A stretch of 62,886 bases of DNA, filler included, from Octopus bimaculoides (GCF_001194135.2; 5 parts of 4 records of this genome joined end to end with filler, not necessarily neighbours in it), one strand, 5' to 3'; positions 1 through 12,675 are shown, numbered from the whole stretch's first letter. Notes: generated by a model not told the origin, from the sequence alone. Translations and numbers: made by a program.

Positions 1-60
1 TATATATATATATATATTGTATGTGTATGTGCACGTGTGTGTATGTGTATGTGGTGTGTG

Positions 61-205
61 TCTTTGTGTTTGTTCCACAACACCGCTTAACAACAGGTTT
101 TGCTACGTTTATGTCGCCGTTATCTAGCGGTTCGGCAAAAAACATCGATAGAATAAGTAACAGGCTTTAAAAAATAAGTCCGGGGGTTGATACGTTTGAC
201 AAAAA
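61..205 (+). mobile_element. SINE family A, diverged 3' half
   Basis: Aligns by eye to the 3' half of full copies at 45969-46372 and 53965-54372 (TAGCGGTTCGGCAAAA..CGATAGAATAAGTA); preceded by (TA)n/(TG)n. Confidence 0.7.
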
Positions 206-400
206 TTTTTCAAGGCCAGCAAGTTGGTGAGAGGTGAAGGGGAATATTCGATTCCATCGAGCCCCACTATCCAACTGGTACTTATTTTATCGTGCCGTGA
301 AGGATGAAAGGCGAAGTTAACCTCAGCGATATTTGAACTCAACGTAATACCGCTAAGCATTTTGTCTGGTATGCTACCGATGCTGCCAGCTCGACGCCTT
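205..400 (-). mobile_element. SINE family B copy
   Basis: Reverse complement matches the family B head (GGCG.CGAGCTGGCAG..GAGTTCAAAT), body (TTTCATCCTT..GATAAAATAAGTACCAGTT) and tail (TTGCTGGCCTTG). Confidence 0.75.
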
Positions 401-719
401 ATTCCGTAGATGTATTACGCAGTATCCCTCAACAAGTGAAAGGGTTCTCTAAGTTGGGGGGGGGGAAGAAATGCTGGTTTTGTGCCTTTCTTAAAAGCAT
501 TCAAGGAATTACTGCAGTAGCAGCACTAAGAAGCGAAGTTTAAGGAAGGAAGAAAACCAGCACCGACGACCCTTTTTTGGGAGCCATAACTGGCGGGAGG
601 AAATTATACTGACGCTGTGTTTGCAACAGAATGCCCTCAGCTAAAATTAACAAAGGCTCAGGTGGAAACGTTACATTAGGAATGGGTCTAACATCGAAGA
701 AAAAGACGGATTAAAGTGT

Positions 720-875
720 CAGGCTTCCGCACAATTTCCATCAACCAAATGACACTCAAACGATTTTGGCCAGCACTGCCGCTTAATGGAAGGTACTTGC
801 ATAATGGATGCCGGTCTGTGATCAACCTGGGAATCAAGCAGTTTTAAGCTACACAATCATGTGTGGGCCCTTGGC
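720..875 (-). mobile_element. Highly diverged SINE family A head
   Basis: GGCTTCCGCACAATTTCCATCAACCAAATGACACTCA resembles the reverse complement of the family A head. Confidence 0.45.
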
Positions 876-1482
876 CACGCGGCAGCCACGAAACAAATCC
901 CCCACCTACGCTTCAACAGTGTTCGCCACCTGATACACACATTCACGCATGTCTGTGTGTATGTATATGTGTATATACACGAATATATTTCATGTATGTA
1001 TGTATGTACGCATGAGCGTGTGTATGTGTATATGTATAAATACTTGGTAATCGATTTGGTTTTTTAAGGAAACAGCTTCGTTTACGAGCCGCCATGTTGA
1101 CATGGATCATTCATGTGGATAACTGACAGAATATTGATCAACCTACTTTATGGCCATAATCGACACCTTTGGTGGCGGCCAGCAATCGTTGCTGGCTTTC
1201 TGTGCAAGCTTTGTTAAATTTTGTTTCGTGGACAACGATTCGTATAATGCATTTAATATGTTTACATAGACAAGCAATCACATACGCACGCACACGCACA
1301 CACACACACTCAAACCTCAAGCATACACAAACTCATATTTACATGCATATACGAACACATATGTAATATCAATTTTATCCAGCTATGAATTTGCTTATAC
1401 ACGCATATACGCATATATACATCCACACACGCACGCACACACAGCGCTCGTGCACGCGTACTTATCTATATTTTCATATACA

Positions 1483-1523
<41 letters not shown>

Positions 1524-1746
1524 GTGTGTGTGTGTGTGTTTATATGTATACTTGCGTACATGTATGTACTGTGTATGCATGTCATTATTCAATGTTATTT
1601 CAAGATTTCTTGCTAATAGAGAAAGAACCGGTTTCTAACCCAGATCCAAGGCTCCTTCATTGGAATTACATCAACATGTATGTATGTATGTGTGTATACG
1701 AGCAGATTCGTATGTTTTGTTTTATGTATGTCTTCTCATACACAGT

Positions 1747-1995
1747 GGAGGCGCGTGGCTTAGTTGTTAAGATGTCAGCACCATGATCGTAAGATTGTGG
1801 TTTCGATTCTTGGACCGGGCGACCTGTTGTGTTCTTGAGCAAAACACTTCATTTCACGTTGCTCCAGTCCACTCAGCTGGCAAAAATGAGTAATGCTGCG
1901 ATGGACTGGCGTCCCGTCCAGCTGGGGTATGTATACGCCATTGAAACCGGGAAACCGGGCCCATGACCCTGGCTAGGCTTTAAAAGGGCGCATTT
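1747..1995 (+). mobile_element. tRNA-derived SINE family C (full-length looking)
   Basis: A-box-like TGGCTTAGTTG and B-box-like GGTTTCGATTC; body GTGTTCTTGAGCAAAACACTT..CTGCGATGGACTGGCGTCCCGTCCAG resembles CORE/V/Meta-type SINE bodies; second copy at 5234-5478. Confidence 0.85.
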
Positions 1996-2089
1996 ATTTA
2001 TTTTGTATTCTCATACATACCTAAACATGCAACTATATGTCATATGTATGTGCGGGTGGGTGGATGGATGGATGCTTTTAATTCTTTAA

Positions 2090-2815
2090 ATTCTTTCTCT
2101 AAGGAAGAACTTCGTTCCTAACAAAGATACGCAGCTCTATCGTTGGAATGAATATTTTGAACGTGAGACGAAACCTTGTATACTTCTTCTATTCCGCTTT
2201 CAGATTGCATTTGTAATGTTCGAGGTAGCTGGACGTATTTCATTTCTTGATAATCCTAGCTTATCCAGATTGTCCGTCACTTCGGTATTTACACAGAAAT
2301 TCGAGTGCATCAGTTATTGGTGCGAATTGCTTTTTCAAAGGTGCTCTCCATAGGTATCCACTTTCTCTTTGGCTTTTCGAAGAGATATTTATCTCTATTG
2401 AGCATCTGATCTCTCTGATGGTACATAATTTTCTTGTCTGTCGGAAACAACGATATCCAGCCTGTGTGTTTACACTTGGTATAAGCTTTCATGGGAATGT
2501 TCCAACAATATTCCTTACGTTGAAGTTTATGTATGTATTCAATAATAGTGTTTTTTTTTTATTCATTTCAGGATAGTCTTTTATTTCAATGCATTGTGTT
2601 TTGTTTCAGCACCTTGAAAGGTAGTACCTCGATGGCACTTGTTGAGCAGCTGCTGATCACATCTGTGATATCACCCTCAGAAATGGGACATAATCGGCAT
2701 TTTTCGTTGCACCCTGAAACTTCAAGAACTTCCATGTCCCATTTTTTATCAAGTAGCAATCTCCTGCATTTGTATTGCAAACACGCAGTCATGCGCCAAA
2801 GAGAGGCAACACTTC
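2090..2815 (-). mobile_element. Decayed 3' part of a non-LTR retrotransposon with restriction-like endonuclease (R4/Dong/NeSL-like group)
   Basis: Joining frames on the minus strand gives FAIQMQEIAT, a CCHC remnant CNEKCRLC..DITDVISSC, then EYCWNIPMK..KCKH(N)RLDIVVSD, KLCTIREIRC and EKVDTYG. This follows the zinc knuckle plus PD-(D/E)xK order of RLE LINEs; many frameshifts and stops. Confidence 0.85.
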
Positions 2816-2829
2816 ATATCGTTATTAAC

Positions 2830-2932
2830 TGGCGCTCCACTGATTACAACGACGAGTGTTCTAGTTGAACACTCGCGGAAGGGCCTGCTCGCGGAATTGA
2901 CGTTCAAGTGGATGAGCACTCCACAGACAAAC
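2830..2932 (-). mobile_element. Diverged family E SINE 3' tail fragment
   Basis: Reverse complement resembles TGTGGAGTGCTCAGCCACTTGCACGTTAATTTCACGAGCAGG of the family E copies. Confidence 0.6.
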
Positions 2933-3228
2933 TGTAATTGTGTATATCAGAAAAAATCGAAACGATTTGTTGGCATTTTACGGTTTTTATAATTATTTAT
3001 GTTATATAATATTATATTATGTTATATATTTTATTCATAGTATTTCTATTTCAAGATTCATAGCATTTCTATTTCAAGATCTTTATACTTACTCAGTTTT
3101 TGGTAGATTTTGACGGATACGTTTATATCGATTGGGACAGTCATATCAATGAGGAGGCATGATTTTTGTCTGAAGTCTTTCAATATAATGTCTGGCCTAT
3201 TTGCATGTCTTTCTGTCAGTTTGAATGG

Positions 3229-3254
3229 TATTATTATTGTTGTTGTTGTTGTTG

Positions 3255-3349
<95 letters not shown>
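3229..3349. repeat. (TTG)n/(TTA)n microsatellite
   Basis: Directly visible; gives the poly-I, poly-Y, poly-L and poly-N pseudo-ORFs. Confidence 0.98.
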
Positions 3350-3510
3350 GCGGCGAGCTGGCAGAAACGTTAGCACGCCGGGCAAAATTCTTAGCAGCGT
3401 TTCGTCCGTCTTTACGTTCTAAGCTCAAATTCTGCCGAGGTCGACACTTCGCCTCTCATCTTTTCGGGGTCGATAAATTAAGTACCAGTAAAACACAGCG
3501 GTCGATGTAA
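3350..3510 (+). mobile_element. tRNA-derived SINE family B (tail missing)
   Basis: GCGGCGAGCTGGCAGAAACGTTAGCACGCCGGG head, B-box-like GCTCAAATTC, body to AAGTACCAGT..GTCGATGTAATCG. Confidence 0.9.
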
Positions 3511-3572
3511 TCGAATGGTCGACTCCACACAAAATTTCAGTCGTTGTACCTTTAGTAGAAATGATTGTTATA

Positions 3573-3796
3573 AAGGTGGCGAGCTAGGAGAAACGTTCCC
3601 TATGCAGGACAAGATGCTCGGCAGCATTTCGTTCGTCTTTACTTTTAGGTCTTATTCCGCCGTCGTCAACTTTGCCTTTCAATTTTTCGCGATGACTAAA
3701 AAAATTACCAGTTGAGTGCCGGAATCGATGTAGTCGACCAGATCCCCCGCCCCGACAGAATTTCACACCTCGTGCCTTTATTTGAAAGGATTATTA
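3573..3796 (+). mobile_element. SINE family B, older copy with GAAAGGATTATTA tail
   Basis: Diverged head AAGGTGGCGAGCTAGGAGAAACGTT; collinear with the other B copies. Confidence 0.75.
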
Positions 3797-4747
3797 GAGA
3801 AACAGACAAAGGGATTAAGTCAATTACATCAACCCCAGTGCGTAACTGGTACTTATTTAATCGACCCCTGTTTACGGGAAAATTGGAAAAATAAGGAGTG
3901 AATATTTATTTTATGAGTGCTGTGTATTAAGTCTGCAAATTTGAGCACAGAGTATATAAAAATATATATATATAAAATTTATCAATTTGTTTTAGCTACA
4001 AATTTGAAAGTTCAAACTGAGAGATGTTCTTGGAGCTTAAACATAATTAGTTTGTGAAAACCCTTTATAGATTCTATAGTTAACGCGTTGACCATAAGTA
4101 ACCACTGTGTCTTTGCTCCAGCCGTTAGGACCTCCAACAGCTGCCTATTTCTGTAAAGCTGCATACATTTAGAGTTACGTGTAAATACTGTTGAAAGAAC
4201 ACAACGAGAAGCAAAAACCTCAGATTCGTACCATTCTCTTCCTTTCTCTCTACCATTTTTCTCTTTTCCCTCTTTCTCTCCTTTTCTTTCTTTGCTTCTA
4301 TCTGTCTTTTATATTTAAAAAAATAAAACACCACTTCTCGTTTTATTCGCTCCTAGAAAACAAATATCAACAATTGCTCAGTCGTGTGAATGCAAAGCTG
4401 TCTGATTTTGCCTATTAAGATAAATAGACATACAATGGAAAGTAGAAACTGCTTTGCCGCTTGTGACATATTGAAAAGACTATTCAATACTTGTGACTTT
4501 AAATCAACTATCGATCTAATATTTAAAGTCTCAACAAATGTCATATTAACTATTTATTCAGTTGAACAGATTTTTCTCCTCAATATTTTCTTCATATCAA
4601 CGTTGAAAAGGTATCGATTTCATCTTCATGTTTTACCGTAAATTTATTTAAAATACAATTGACATTTTCATTGAAAACTGACAGGATTTATATCGTTCAT
4701 CATTTCAAAATACTTATCGATACTTATTGAAATTACTGTTAGTACTG

Positions 4748-4900
4748 TTGTTTAACCCTAGGTTGGCTTTGCTTGGGTAGGCCTTGGCCGATATCAATTT
4801 TAGTAAAGCGTATTGAAAAACTATGAACATGTCAGTCGATATTGTCTGTAAAAGACTAGGGTGTGGTTTGAGAGAGATGTAGTTGCTATTTTCAGTGACT
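4748..4900. mobile_element. Old interspersed repeat family D fragment
   Basis: GTTTA(A/G)CCC.AG(G/C)T.(A/G)GC starts recur at about 22520 and 28580; the TTTGAG(A/G)G.GATTT.G.TGCTATTT motif recurs at about 7630, 7960 and 21800. Confidence 0.5.
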
Positions 4901-5233
4901 AATTGTAAACTGCTTTATCTAAGCTATTGGTAAAATATGTAACGTGAGTTCAAATCCTTGCAAGTGACTACCGTCCTTATATATCCTTATATATTCAGTG
5001 TATGTGTGTGTGTTTTATGTTATGATACACAGTCACATGATGTGTATTTTATACATCGATTTTTGTAGAGAGTAAAAGGAAGGGAAACCCAGGTACGATG
5101 TACTGCTCAGAGTATCTAAAAAATACTACTCCATAATCTACACGTCCCTCCACTACACCTCAAATTGATAAATAACCTCAGAATTACACGGAGCTCAACA
5201 GATAAATACAGAAACACTAACACCCTAACCAAT

Positions 5234-5478
5234 AGGCGAGTGGCTCATCGGCTAGGGTGTTGCATGCCACATCGTAGTTTCGATTCCCGAACCGGTTGGT
5301 GCGACGTGTTCTTGATCAAAACACTTCATTGCCCGTTGCTCCAGTCTAATTAACTGTAAAGGAGTAACCCTGTGATGGACTGGTGTCCTGTCCAGGGGTA
5401 ATGCTAAGAGCTCGATCACTTATACGCCATTGTACCCGGGTAACAGTTCCTATAATTCTTAGGACTCGAGATTTTACC
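5234..5478 (+). mobile_element. SINE family C, diverged
   Basis: Collinear with 1747-1995 (GTGTTCTTGATCAAAACACTTCAT..GTGATGGACTGGTGTCCTGTCCAGGGG). Confidence 0.8.
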
Positions 5479-5785
5479 TGTACTTGCTAAAGCTAATCTT
5501 CGAGTAATTTAATTTCATTTTATATTTTTGATCCTAACACGCAAAAAAAAAATTAAAATAAAATATAATAAAATTATGATTTTTAAAAAATGACAAAAAA
5601 AGAAATGAAACATTTATGTATTGTGGGACGGTGATGCAGGCCGAAATCAGGGTAACAAGGGTCTGTTGTAGTTTTAATACTTGAAACAATAATATAACAA
5701 CCATCAGACAATTATCTTACAATACATAGTGAAAAGTAATTTTTCTTTTAACTGAACTAAGTTTTTTTTATATTACCTATCACAT

Positions 5786-5911
5786 CACGCATCCTTTCGG
5801 GATCGATTAAATAAGTACCAGTTACGCACTGGGGTCGATGTAATCGTCTTAATCCTTTGTCTGTCCTTGTTTGCCCCCTCTATGTTTAGCCCCTTGTGGG
5901 CAATAAAGAAA
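5786..5911 (+). mobile_element. 5'-truncated SINE family B carrying a Tx1-LINE-like 3' tail
   Basis: B body CATCCTTTCGGGATCGATTAAATAAGTACCAGTT..; the last 41 nt match the 3' end of the Tx1 element at 18412-18452 at 34 of 41 positions. Confidence 0.85.
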
Positions 5912-5932
5912 TAAATATCGTTGATCATAAAC

Positions 5933-6150
5933 TGGCGCTGAGCTGGCAGAATCGTTAGCACGTCGGGAAAAATGTTTAGTGGAATTTCTTTTGGCTTCCT
6001 ACAGTTCATATACCTCGAGGTCGACTTTGCCTTTCATCCGTTGGGGATCGATAAAGCAAGTAGTAGTTGAGTACTGGGGTCGATGTAATCGATTATTCTT
6101 CTCCCACTAATACATCTGACCTTATTCCAACATTTCAAACCATTATTGAT
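5933..6150 (+). mobile_element. SINE family B
   Basis: GGCGCTGAGCTGGCAGAATCGTTAGCACG head and collinear body. Confidence 0.85.
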
Positions 6151-6483
6151 AATCAGGAATAGTTTTCCTCGCGAAATGCTTCGGAAATAATTCGCTACTA
6201 CTGAATTAACATGAATCAGTCCTGATTCGAGCAAAGCTAAGAATATTTTGTCCGTGGAAATGAAAAGCGATATTTAATGGTCTCTGTGGAAGGGGTAGTT
6301 ATTTTTTCTTTGTTGATTAAGACATTTAGTAATTATTATTCTGTGGAGTAAATACTAGGCGCAGAGGTCAGTTAATGAGCTGGGACGGTGAGGTGGGGTC
6401 GATCTTCAGCAGAAGATGGGTATGAGAGAAGGAAGCACAATTCGGTCGGTAGTGCCGGAGTTGAGCTGGGAAAGAAACCAACC

Positions 6484-6517
<34 letters not shown>

Positions 6518-7013
6518 ATAGAAAATTGGTCAGCTCAGTCATGACGTTGGTGGGACAAGACCGACAACAGCAATAACAGTATGTGTGTGTGTAAGCAGGA
6601 TTAGTGGAGGTGACATATTAAAAGTTTCAGTGCGGATTGTATTGGCTATAGCTGTTCGAGTTATGCCGAGAGTGAAGTGCTGTGTTGTATAAATAAGAAT
6701 ATATATATATATNNNNNNNNNNNNNNNNNNNNNNNNNNNNNNNNNNNNNNNNNNNNNNNNNNNNNNNNNNNNNNNNNNNNNNNNNNNNNNNNNNNNNNNN
6801 NNNNNNNNNNNNNNNNNNNNNNNNNNNNNNNNNNNNNNNNNNNNNNNNNNNNNNNNNNNNNNNNNNNNNNNNNNNNNNNNNNNNNNNNNNNNNNNNNNNN
6901 NNNNNNNNNNNNNNNNNNNNNNNNNNNNNNNNNNNNNNNNNNNNNNNNNNNNNNNNNNNNNNNNNNNNNNNNNNNNNNNNNNNNNNNNNNNNNNNNNNNN
7001 NNNNNNNNNNNNN

Positions 7014-7066
<53 letters not shown>

Positions 7067-7759
7067 CATACATACATACATACATACATACATACATACA
7101 AACACACACATGCATATATATATATATCCACGTATAAATGGATGTGCGTGTATGTATACACGTGTATAAAGCAGTGGGTATATACAAGTATATCGTTGAA
7201 GTGTAACTTTAAACCACTCTTGTTGAGTGGTTATTTGCAAACAAGTATTGAGGTCTCAGCAGAGAGCTGGCGGGAATATAAACGGTTTTGGAGTGAAAGT
7301 AAATACGAGCGTGGAACACAGCCAGGAGCAGATGGAAACAGGAACCAATAAGGGTAGCAGACGGGGTGGAAGAGACGAAGAGGTAGCCGGCCAGGAAGTA
7401 GATATGCAAGAGTTTTGTTGCTGTTGTTGTTGTTGAGATGGAGGTGGCTGCCGTCGTCGTTGTGGTACTTTAGATCCACATTAATTCCAATAGAAGAGAC
7501 CAATGATTTGAATATTCCAGCCACGTTTCTCCAATCTTTTAATTCAGATGTGTTTTCTTTTTACCATGTTGGGCAAATCCCATCCCATGCTTTCTTCCTA
7601 TTCTTCACATGGCAACGGTGTGTAATTTGAAAGATAATTTAGTTGCTATTTCTAGCATGCTTGCGAGCATATCCATAGGCTTCTTCAGTAATCTATAAGG
7701 AAGTGGTTCTTGAGTCGCTTTCGTTGTTGTTGATGATGATGATGATGATGAGGATGATG

Positions 7760-7807
<48 letters not shown>

Positions 7808-8582
7808 TTCAAAACTGCTTCACCCCTGATTGAGTACATCTATAAATATGTTCTGCACATGACGATCCTGTCGTATTTTATAAATTTATTTTTAGGTGTG
7901 GTATACGTAGAATTATGTTATACACTAATTCATTCAACATTTAAGGTGCCAAAGGGTGCTTTGAGGGAACTTGGCTATTGTTTCTAACAGTTCAAGCAGC
8001 AAAACCTTAGCTTGGAAAAGGATGAGATGGGAGAGAATGTGGAAAACAGAAGAGTAATGGAGATGTTTAGGTTTTACATACACACATAGACACGTACATA
8101 TGTACATACATACACACATACATACACACTACATACATACATACACACGTACAAACATACACTACATACAAGCACACATACACGTACGTACATACACACA
8201 CACATACATACATACATACTATCATACATGCATGCATGAATACATACATACATGCATACATACATACATGCATACATACATACGAGACATGATGTTGTAG
8301 CTAGGACACTCTCTAATGAAATCTGTCGGAAGGATAATCCCGAGGAAAANNNNNNNNNNNNNNNNNNNNNNNNNNNNNNNNNNNNNNNNNNNNNNNNNNN
8401 NNNNNNNNNNNNNNNNNNNNNNNNNNNNNNNNNNNNNNNNNNNNNNNNNNNNNNNNNNNNNNNNNNNNNNNNNNNNNNNNNNNNNNNNNNNNNNNNNNNN
8501 NNNNNNNNNNNNNNNNNNNNNNNNNNNNNNNNNTGTGTGTGTGTGTGCGCGTGTGTGTGTGTGTGTGTGTAAATTGTTTTTG

Positions 8583-8961
8583 CTTTTACTTGTTTCAGTC
8601 ATTTGACTGCGGCCATGCTGGAGCACCGCTTTTAGTCGAACTAATCGATCCCAGGACTTATTCTTTGTAAGCCTAGTACTTATTCTATCGGTCTCTTTTG
8701 ACGAACCGCTATGTTACGGGAACGTAAACACACCAGCATCGGTTGTCAAGCGATGGTGGAGGGGGGCACTGACACACAAATACATACATACATATATACG
8801 ACAGGCTTCTTTCAGTTTCCGGCTATTAAATCCACTCACAAAGCTTTGGTTGGCCTGAGGCTATAGTAGAAGAGACTTACCCAAGGTGCCACACAGTGGG
8901 ACTGAACCCGGAACCATGTAGTTGGGAAGCAATTCTCTTACCACACAGCCTCTCCTGCGCC
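8583..8961 (-). mobile_element. Full-length tRNA-derived SINE family A
   Basis: Reverse complement has the GGCGCAGGAG.GGCTGTGTGGTAAG head, internal (TA)/(TG) tract and GACTGAAACAAGTAAAAG tail, as in 45969-46372. Confidence 0.92.
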
Positions 8962-9133
8962 TATATATACTTTTCAGGAATATTGGTTCATATAAACATG
9001 CAAACATTAGGTCGAAAAAAAACAATCTTGGAGAGAGAAAGTTGAAGGACGCTCGTGGAACTCGAAGCAACGTCTCCTGTAGACATGGCAAGTATTCTAC
9101 CATTGAACTTAATCCTTCGAATGNNNNNNNNNN

Positions 9134-9169
<36 letters not shown>

Positions 9170-10247
9170 CTATTCAACCTTTCCTGCGAGATATATGGGC
9201 TGTAACTGAGAAGTGTTCGGAATGAGCCCGACACGAACGACAATTGAAGAGGTAAACTCAGAAACAGCGTTTAGGTCAATTAGTAAATTCCGAAACGGAA
9301 AACACAGAGACGTACATTTTTTTAAATATCAAGAAAAAAAAAATACATACACATTAATAGATATTAATACAGATCAATACAGATCTATATTTATAAAAGC
9401 ATAATATATAATAAAAATGTACATTAAAAGAACGTAAAAATATGCGAGGTGTGATTATGGTGAGTGCAAACAAAAGAGAGCACATTGACAGCAATAGAAA
9501 TAGAGATTGAAAATAAAATGATAAACCACCCATAGAAAATACAACATATATAGATTTTATCGGATAACAGTAGGAAGGCGTCTAAGTCATTGAACAGCAA
9601 CAAAGGTAAAACAGCTCAGAGTGCAAATAACTACATTACTAGAATAGATCAAAATTTTACAATTGAGGACTAAGTATTAAGGATAAAGTCTCGTTATAAG
9701 ACGAAGTCCGTTCGACGACCGTTTTTTGGAGTACATTTTCGGTAAGGTAAAATGTTCAAAAGTTTAATTCAGCCTTGTACATTTATATAATCTTTTATTC
9801 GCTTTTACATCGGAGGCGCCGAATTCTCGTCTGAGCATCTGGCTGGTAGCTTACGAGTTCGTGCCATTGAAAATGCGTTTCTCCACCAGTTGCTGCCGGC
9901 AGGAATTTTTAGATGTTACCTCAGCAGTAAGTGGCCTATAGAACATGGATGTACATTAAGTATGATACATAGATAGCTATCATCTAACAATATATTTTTT
10001 TTAATCTATGGCATATAACATAAACTCTTGGTTGGTTCGCTGGGGGTAAAAGGATGAAGCAGAAGACGAACTAATATTTGGGATAAGAAAGAAAGAAGAA
10101 TCAATTATTTCCCACGGATTGGTGTTAGCCATGGGTGGAGTGCTTAGGCTGAGTGTTCATCGTTCTCCAGTTCAGAAAATGACGTGACCACCTCGCTAAA
10201 ACTAATTTTTACCCTCAGGGAGAAGGTATATATATATNNNNNNNNNN

Positions 10248-10287
<40 letters not shown>

Positions 10288-12092
10288 AAAAAAACACAAC
10301 GAACGGAAATCGTCAAGACATAACTAGCAGGAAAAGGACGATAGCCCAACAACGACGAACAGGACAAAGATACACGGATCATTCGCAGCTTCTTCAGTTG
10401 GAGTCTGGAATATCCACGTAGTTTCGCCCAATCTTCTCCGACATTACGCGAAACCAGTTGGGCCAAGGGCTTAAGCTGAAGGCATTAAGCCCCTGAGCAA
10501 GGCAAACGAATGTACATATACAAACGCAAGGAAATAACAAACAGAAAGGATCTTTCGACTATCGGACGAACCTAACATAAGAAATAGAATTATACATATA
10601 CAATGGACAAAAGCCTTTCGGCTAGACAACAAAAATAAAATAAAAACAGTCTTTCGACTATCAGACAGTATATTGATACAGTTATNNNNNNNNNNNNNNN
10701 NNNNNNNNNNNNNNNNNNNNNNNNNNNNNNNNNNNNNNNNNNNNNNNNNNNNNNNNNNNNNNNNNNNNNNNNNNNNNNNNNNNNNNNNNNNNNNNNNNNN
10801 NNNNNNNNNNNNNNNNNNNNNNNNNNNNNNNNNNNNNNNNNNNNNNNNNNNNNNNNNNNNNNNNNNNNNNNNNNNNNNNNNNNNNNNNNNNNNNNNNNNN
10901 NNNNNNNNNNNNNNNNNNNNNNNNNNNNNNNNNNNNNNNNNNNNNNNNNNNNNNNNNNNNNNNNNNNNNNNNNNNNNNNNNNNNNNNNNNNNNNNNNNNN
11001 NNNNNNNNNNNNNNNNNNNNNNNNNNNNNNNNNNNNNNNNNNNNNNNNNNNNNNNNNNNNNNNNNNNNNNNNNNNNNNNNNNNNNNNNNNNNNNNNNNNN
11101 NNNNNNNNNNNNNNNNNNNNNNNNNNNNNNNNNNNNNNNNNNNNNNNNNNNNNNNNNNNNNNNNNNNNNNNNNNNNNNNNNNNNNNNNNNNNNNNNNNNN
11201 NNNNNNNNNNNNNNNNNNNNNNNNNNNNNNNNNNNNNNNNNNNNNNNNNNNNNNNNNNNNNNNNNNNNNNNNNNNNNNNNNNNNNNNNNNNNNNNNNNNN
11301 NNNNNATATATATATATATATACATGTATGTATATCTGTATATATATATACGTATATATTTATATATATTTATATACACACACACACACACACATATATA
11401 TATACACACACACATGCATATGTGTATGTGTGCGTATAACTATATTTATATACACAGACACATATACATGTGCATACATATGGGTATATATGCAGGTTTG
11501 TATGTGTATGTAGAAAGACATGCGAGTATGTGTATGTAGAAAGACAGACAGACAGACATATAGACAGATAGGAAGATATGCATGTGTATGCATGTATGTA
11601 TATGCTTATTCCAGGCCGAACCCAACACCCATCTCGCCAATCCTCTCCGCTGTGTTATTTAATGACTGGTGCCTGCTCTACCCGCACTGATCTGTGTCAC
11701 TGGCACATCAACACACCTGGCCGAAAACAGAGGCAGGTTAGTCATCTAGGTGTTTTCATAACAAAAATATTTCTCACTCAGTCTCCCTCTCATTCCCTCT
11801 TGTCTTCTCTCATCCAATCTGCTTGTCACTCCATCTTTTTTTTGTTTGTTTGCTTTTACTCGTTTCTCTCCCTCTTTTACTGTGAAATAATGCAAAAGTA
11901 CAACTTTTACTTATAAATATTATCATGCCGTTCATATTTAGTGGCTCGTCTGGCTAAATTCAGCTTTGAATAATGTTTTCTGAGCGTCATAAATCTCTCT
12001 CCCCACATCACACAAATACATGATATATATATGCATATATACATATATATATATGAATTCGCACATATATATGTGTATTCCAAGTATGTATG

Positions 12093-12139
<47 letters not shown>

Positions 12140-12675
12140 GTATATGTGAATGCACACACACACACACATACGCACGCTGTTACTAATTAAGATCTTCACA
12201 GCGCAATATATTTCTATCGCACGTTAGTAAACGAGAAGACGCCTCATTACATCGCCTGTAAAAGAAATCTCGTTCCGACCCTACAAAGAGATCAGAGAAA
12301 TACGCGAACATTTATTATATAAGTTCTACATATTTGTGGCAGTACATTTAGTATAGAGAATGTTTTAGTTATAGATTCCTGCAATACGTCTATCGGTCTT
12401 TTGGAACCGGTGTTATAATTATAGTAGGTACTCAGATGACGAACACCGTTTCACTGAGCAGGCTGACAAATGTTTTCAGGCTCAAAGAACTTTCAAATGC
12501 AATAAGAATTATTTCATGAGATATGTCCATGTTCTAGTTGATGCATAGAATTGCTGGGACAATTAATGCTTACGTATTATTATAGATTTAGGTCTGGGTG
12601 GATTTTTAAGGAAGTTCTCGCTGTTTACCAAAGTGCTAGGGTCAGCCGTATTCATGTAATATTCCTTTCTCTGCC

